Positions 60,177 to 64,000 of a DNA stretch of 64,000 nucleotides are shown here, in pieces. The notes beneath the pieces are model-generated. The model ran no database searches and was not told where the DNA came from. It worked only from the letters and a program-made list of their open reading frames with translations. The DNA comes from Nemertoderma westbladi (taxonomy: Eukaryota; Animalia; Xenacoelomorpha): the NCBI GenBank assembly GCA_032718475.1, contig JAUCBJ010007426.1, positions 62,001-126,000 on the forward strand, written 5' to 3'. Numbering within the stretch: the first letter of the stretch is position 1; each line of letters starts with the position of its first letter. A program made the translations under genes and the position numbers.

Positions 60177-60810
60177 TATTGCTCTTTGGAGAATACTGAT
60201 AAATCACCCAAATTTCCCAATTTTCTTGATACACTACAGGTTAGAGAGACAGGCTATATATAACAATTGCGATTTATATTAATGTGGTGTGTATTGAATC
60301 TAATGTTATTTAGCAGACCCTACATGAGTCAATTACTGCTCTCTTTATGTGTGATCAAATATACTGACGGTCGGCAGAATAGTGTGCATGATTGTGATTG
60401 GTAACAAAGCATTTCCTAAAGAATGCGCTTTATACTTTAATCATAAGCAGTATCGTTGCGTTTAGTATAAGTCCTAGTTCTGTTTAAATAGATAGAGCGC
60501 CACGTCCTAAAGGAACTGTTAATATTTCCCGAAAGCCAATAATATCTGTCAGAAATTAATTATTAACGATCTATCGAATAATACAGTAAGTTTACACTGC
60601 AACCTTACACTGCAATAATAAAATTTAAGCATCCGAATTCAGCCTCCCGGGTGTAGATCCATCGGGTGAATGATCGCGCATGGGCTGACTTCGGCTAATG
60701 TTTTGTGTATTAGCATAAAATATTGTCGTATGCTAAAGTGGTTTTAATTAACTAAAAGACATATAAAATTTGGCAGGTTAAACTGCTAAAGGTCTTCAAA
60801 AGCGCGAACA
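60177..60810 (+). repeat. 5'-truncated 3' LTR of E3 type
   Basis: Matches 51098-51731 (634 bp) with two small differences near its end. Confidence 0.93.
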
Positions 60811-61090
60811 CACTGTATTCTATAACTGAACTCTAACTTACCACTGTATTCTATAACTGAACTTTAACTTACCACTGTATTCTAAAACTGAACTCCAACT
60901 TACCACTGTATTCTATAACTGAACTCTAACTTACCAATGTATTCAACTGAACTCTAACTTACCACTGTATTCAACTGAACTCTAATTACCACTGTATACA
61001 TTATAAACTCAACATAGCTGAACTCTAACTTACCACTGTAACTCTTTCTTACCACTGTATTCAACTGAACTCTAACTTACCACTGTATTC
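60811..61090. repeat. ~31-bp minisatellite
   Basis: CACTGTATTCTATAACTGAACTCTAACTTAC repeated about 9 times, degenerating. Confidence 0.9.
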
Positions 61091-61154
61091 ATTATGAGGA
61101 ACTACATTGATAACATCATCCTCGATATCCATCTTGAACCAGCGTGCTAAATGT
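61081..61154 (-). other. Candidate 74-bp host exon
   Basis: TATTTCAG| acceptor, |GTAAGT donor, and an open frame HLARWFKMDIEDDVINVVPHNEYS. Confidence 0.55.
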
Positions 61155-61596
61155 CTGAAATATCATAAAACTAAGCTTAATCAAGGTTTTGTAAACTAGT
61201 CAATTAGGATGAGACAATGAAAGACAACATTTTTAGCTCTACATTGATAGAATAGGCCTAACTCATGACAAAACTGAACTACATTAACGGCAGAGTACAT
61301 CATGGAATGTTCCAACATTTTGAAAACTTATGTACTGTAGATTCTGGAATCGGGCAACATAATTATGTATTGTGTGACTGTTGTACGTGAAGTATCTAAG
61401 GTCAAACTATCAGAGGCCGTTTACTAATCGTTATCAGCAGATTATCGACTACTACTCGCGGCCTACAAGGAACCCTCATGAGCTTTTAAATACCTAATAG
61501 GCCTACATTAAGACACATTTCTTAAAGCAAATCACTTGAACTAATTAAAAACTATAATGGAATAGGGTATGGGAATTATAGCTGTATAATGTTTTA

Positions 61597-61668
61597 GTGT
61601 TTTAATTAACTAAAAGACATATAAATTTTGGCAGGTTAAACTGCTAAAGGTCTTCAAAAGCGCGAACA
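61597..61668 (+). repeat. 72-bp LTR 3'-terminal fragment carrying the E3 TSD
   Basis: Matches the end of the E3 5' LTR and is followed by CTGAT. Confidence 0.9.
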
Positions 61669-62552
61669 CTGATGGATAACTGGCCATGCTAGCATTCCAA
61701 ATGTGAAACACAATCTGAATTTCGATAAAAAATGGCTGAGGGAGTATGGACGTTGGGAAGGTTGCTGCTGCGCGAGGGTGTTTAATTATATTTAATAAAT
61801 ACAGATTAATAATTCTGGAACATTTGTTTATCTCATAAGTAGCTTGGCAACAATGCAACACTATCTGATGGTTTCTGAGCAAAGATCGCAAACCACAATA
61901 TTGCCCCAATATAGAATCAGTAATTTTAGGACAGATCCATATTTTTTCGCAGGGCAGGTGAGAAAAAATTTATAAAAAATTAATGGAAAATTTAAAAAAT
62001 TAATTTAAAAAAATTAATAAGTATAAGATATTAGAAATAGAAACTAAATAATTAAGAGAGTTTATGTGTAATTAGAGTAATTTAACAATTTACACATTTG
62101 AAATAAATGATATTACTTTGGGGCTGGTCATTCAAACTACAAAAAAATATACATATAAACAAAGACAGTAAGTTCAAATAGCGCGAGTCATCAGGGCAAT
62201 AAAAAGAACAACAAAAAATTGTGTTAATTTTTATGTATAAACCTATTGTAGTATTGAATGTCGTTAAATTTATATACAACATTAATCAAAATTTAACACC
62301 AACACTTTCAGTTAGGTAATTACTTTCAGTTTAACATAACACAGGCCACGCATCTATAATTGTACGTAAATAGACGAACAAACAGTCCGCACCGTAGGAT
62401 AGAGATACTGTAGATAAATCGTGAAGGATGTCGGAAGTTGTCAGATTCGGCCATCAGCATCTTAATTAGTTTCTTTATGAACATATTGATGTTGATGTCT
62501 TGATGTGACTCTGTAGTTTCCCTTTTAAGGTGTAAACATTATTACAAAGTAT

Positions 62553-63635
62553 TCAATTGCACTTGACACCTTTATGAATGTTTTCCACGTGTTTCTTTAG
62601 ATGGCCTTTGTCACTAAATTGTTTGTCACAAGAAACGCAATTATACTTGGCACCTTTATGAACTGATTGAATGTGGGTCTTTAGATTTCCTTTCTGCGCC
62701 CACACTTTATCGCAATAATTGCAAGTAAACCTGATAGCTTTATGAATTGTTTCCACGTGTTTCTTTAGACGGCCTTTGTCACTAAATTGTTTGCCACAAG
62801 AAACGCAATTATACTTGACACCTTTATGAACTGATTGAATGTGGGTCTTTAGATATCCTTTCTGCGCGTACACTTTATCGCAATAATTGCAAGTAAACCT
62901 GATAGATTTATGAACTGATTCGATGTGGGTCTTTAGATTTCCTTTCTGCGCGCACACTTTATCGCAATAATTACAAGTAAACCTGATAGCTTTATGAACT
63001 GAATCGATGTGTCTTTTTAGATATCCTTTGTCACAAAATTGTTTGTCGCAAGAAACGCAATTATGCTTGACACCTTTATGAACTGATTCGATGTGTGTCT
63101 TTAGATTTCCTTTCTGCGCGCACACTTTATCGCAATAATTACAAGTAAACCTGATAGCTTTATGAACTGATTCGATGTGTCTTTTTAGATATCCTTTGTC
63201 ACAAAATTGTTTATCGCAAGAAACGCAATTATACTTGACGTTGACACCTTTATGAACTGATTGTATGTGATTCTTTAAACTCCCTTTCTGTGTGAACAGT
63301 TTAGTACCACAAATAGCTTCCGCTTCTGATTTAAAACTAACAACGTTTATACCGCTGTTTGTGTTGCTGATTTGATTATTAGAATATTGTTTATCTGTAC
63401 AGAACTCCTGTTTGATCCTTCGAGATTTATCTTCGGAAGTACCACAAATAGGTTCCGCTTCTGATTTGAAACTAATAATGTTTATACCGCTGTTTGTGTT
63501 GCCAATTTCTTTATTAACAGTTGGTGGAGCAACGCAGTTCTCTTGTTCCTCATCAGCGGACTGAGAATCACTTTCATCTGCCATGATACGATCCAGTAAA
63601 TCCCAAGCAGCGTCACTCAAAGTATTCGAAGACAT
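62553..63635 (-). CDS. Intronless tandem C2H2 zinc-finger protein (8 complete fingers)
   Basis: CxxC-x12-HxxxxH repeats (CVSCDKQF... and CNYCDKV...). First ATG at 63635. A further finger remnant follows the TGA. Confidence 0.88.
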   Translation of the reverse strand: MSSNTLSDAAWDLLDRIMADESDSQSADEEQENCVAPPTVNKEIGNTNSGINIISFKSEAEPICGTSEDKSRRIKQEFCTDKQYSNNQISNTNSGINVVSFKSEAEAICGTKLFTQKGSLKNHIQSVHKGVNVKYNCVSCDKQFCDKGYLKRHIESVHKAIRFTCNYCDKVCAQKGNLKTHIESVHKGVKHNCVSCDKQFCDKGYLKRHIDSVHKAIRFTCNYCDKVCAQKGNLKTHIESVHKSIRFTCNYCDKVYAQKGYLKTHIQSVHKGVKYNCVSCGKQFSDKGRLKKHVETIHKAIRFTCNYCDKVWAQKGNLKTHIQSVHKGAKYNCVSCDKQFSDKGHLKKHVENIHKGVKCN

Positions 63636-64000
63636 ATTTAATATACGACTATGAATATCGTATGTAGAAATATGACAATTTAAATAAAATACCAATATAA
63701 TTGGAAATAACTGGTTAACCGCACACTAGTTGGGGCCGTTTATAATCCCTGGGTTTGGCTAAATTTATTATTGAATGCAGCAGCTACAATGCTTAGGGGA
63801 GTGGAGCGCCTTATAAGTGGACGTGGGTATAGAATTCTGTACCAATTAGATCCACTATACAATAGATATAACAGACAACATCGGTAGCTACTAAGTACAT
63901 GGGGGGCCTCTGTCCCTTCCAGTAACGGAGGAAACTAAAACTATAGTTTTTGAGTTTGATTCAGGGAATACAAACTTACTGGAACTTCGGGTGTATCCCG

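Larger units (their letters stand above)
50542..61668 (+). mobile_element. E3: internally deleted, non-autonomous family A BEL/Pao element
   Basis: 5' LTR 50542-51731, truncated 3' LTR 60177-60810, terminal LTR piece 61597-61668, TSD CTGAT (50537-50541 and 61669-61673). Confidence 0.9.

Noticed and set aside
60822-60832. ATAACTGAACT shortly after an LTR end, resembling my recollection of the Tf1 PBS
   Set aside because: It is part of a minisatellite unit, lies 11 nt from the LTR end and has no complement in this LTR. Treated as coincidence.

Overview
This is eukaryotic (probably invertebrate metazoan) repeat-rich DNA dominated by four BEL/Pao LTR retrotransposons. Family A has three copies with ~1.15-1.19 kb LTRs, a ~2.2 kb leader, a single gag-PR-RT-RH-IN frame, a structured ~1.6 kb spacer and a non-env accessory ORF: E1 626-17880 (+, TSD CACAC), E2 25862-41766 (-, TSD CCGTT) and E3 50542-61668 (+, TSD CTGAT, heavily deleted). 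Family B has one copy, E4 20660-46959 (-, TSD AGTAC, ~590-bp LTRs, degenerate). E2 is nested in E4, and E4 is nested in a TA-flanked palindromic DNA element (20392-48702). Also present are MITE-like palindromes, a LINE RT fragment, an orphan 420-aa ORF and an intronless C2H2 zinc-finger gene. Main observation: none of the four elements has a tRNA primer-binding site. Instead, the 11-13 nt directly after each 5' LTR are the reverse complement of a motif ~385-445 nt inside that element's own LTR. The two sequences co-vary across copies and the arrangement recurs in both families, pointing to Tf1-like self-primed reverse transcription in BEL/Pao elements. All alignments were done by eye, and novelty needs a literature and Repbase check.
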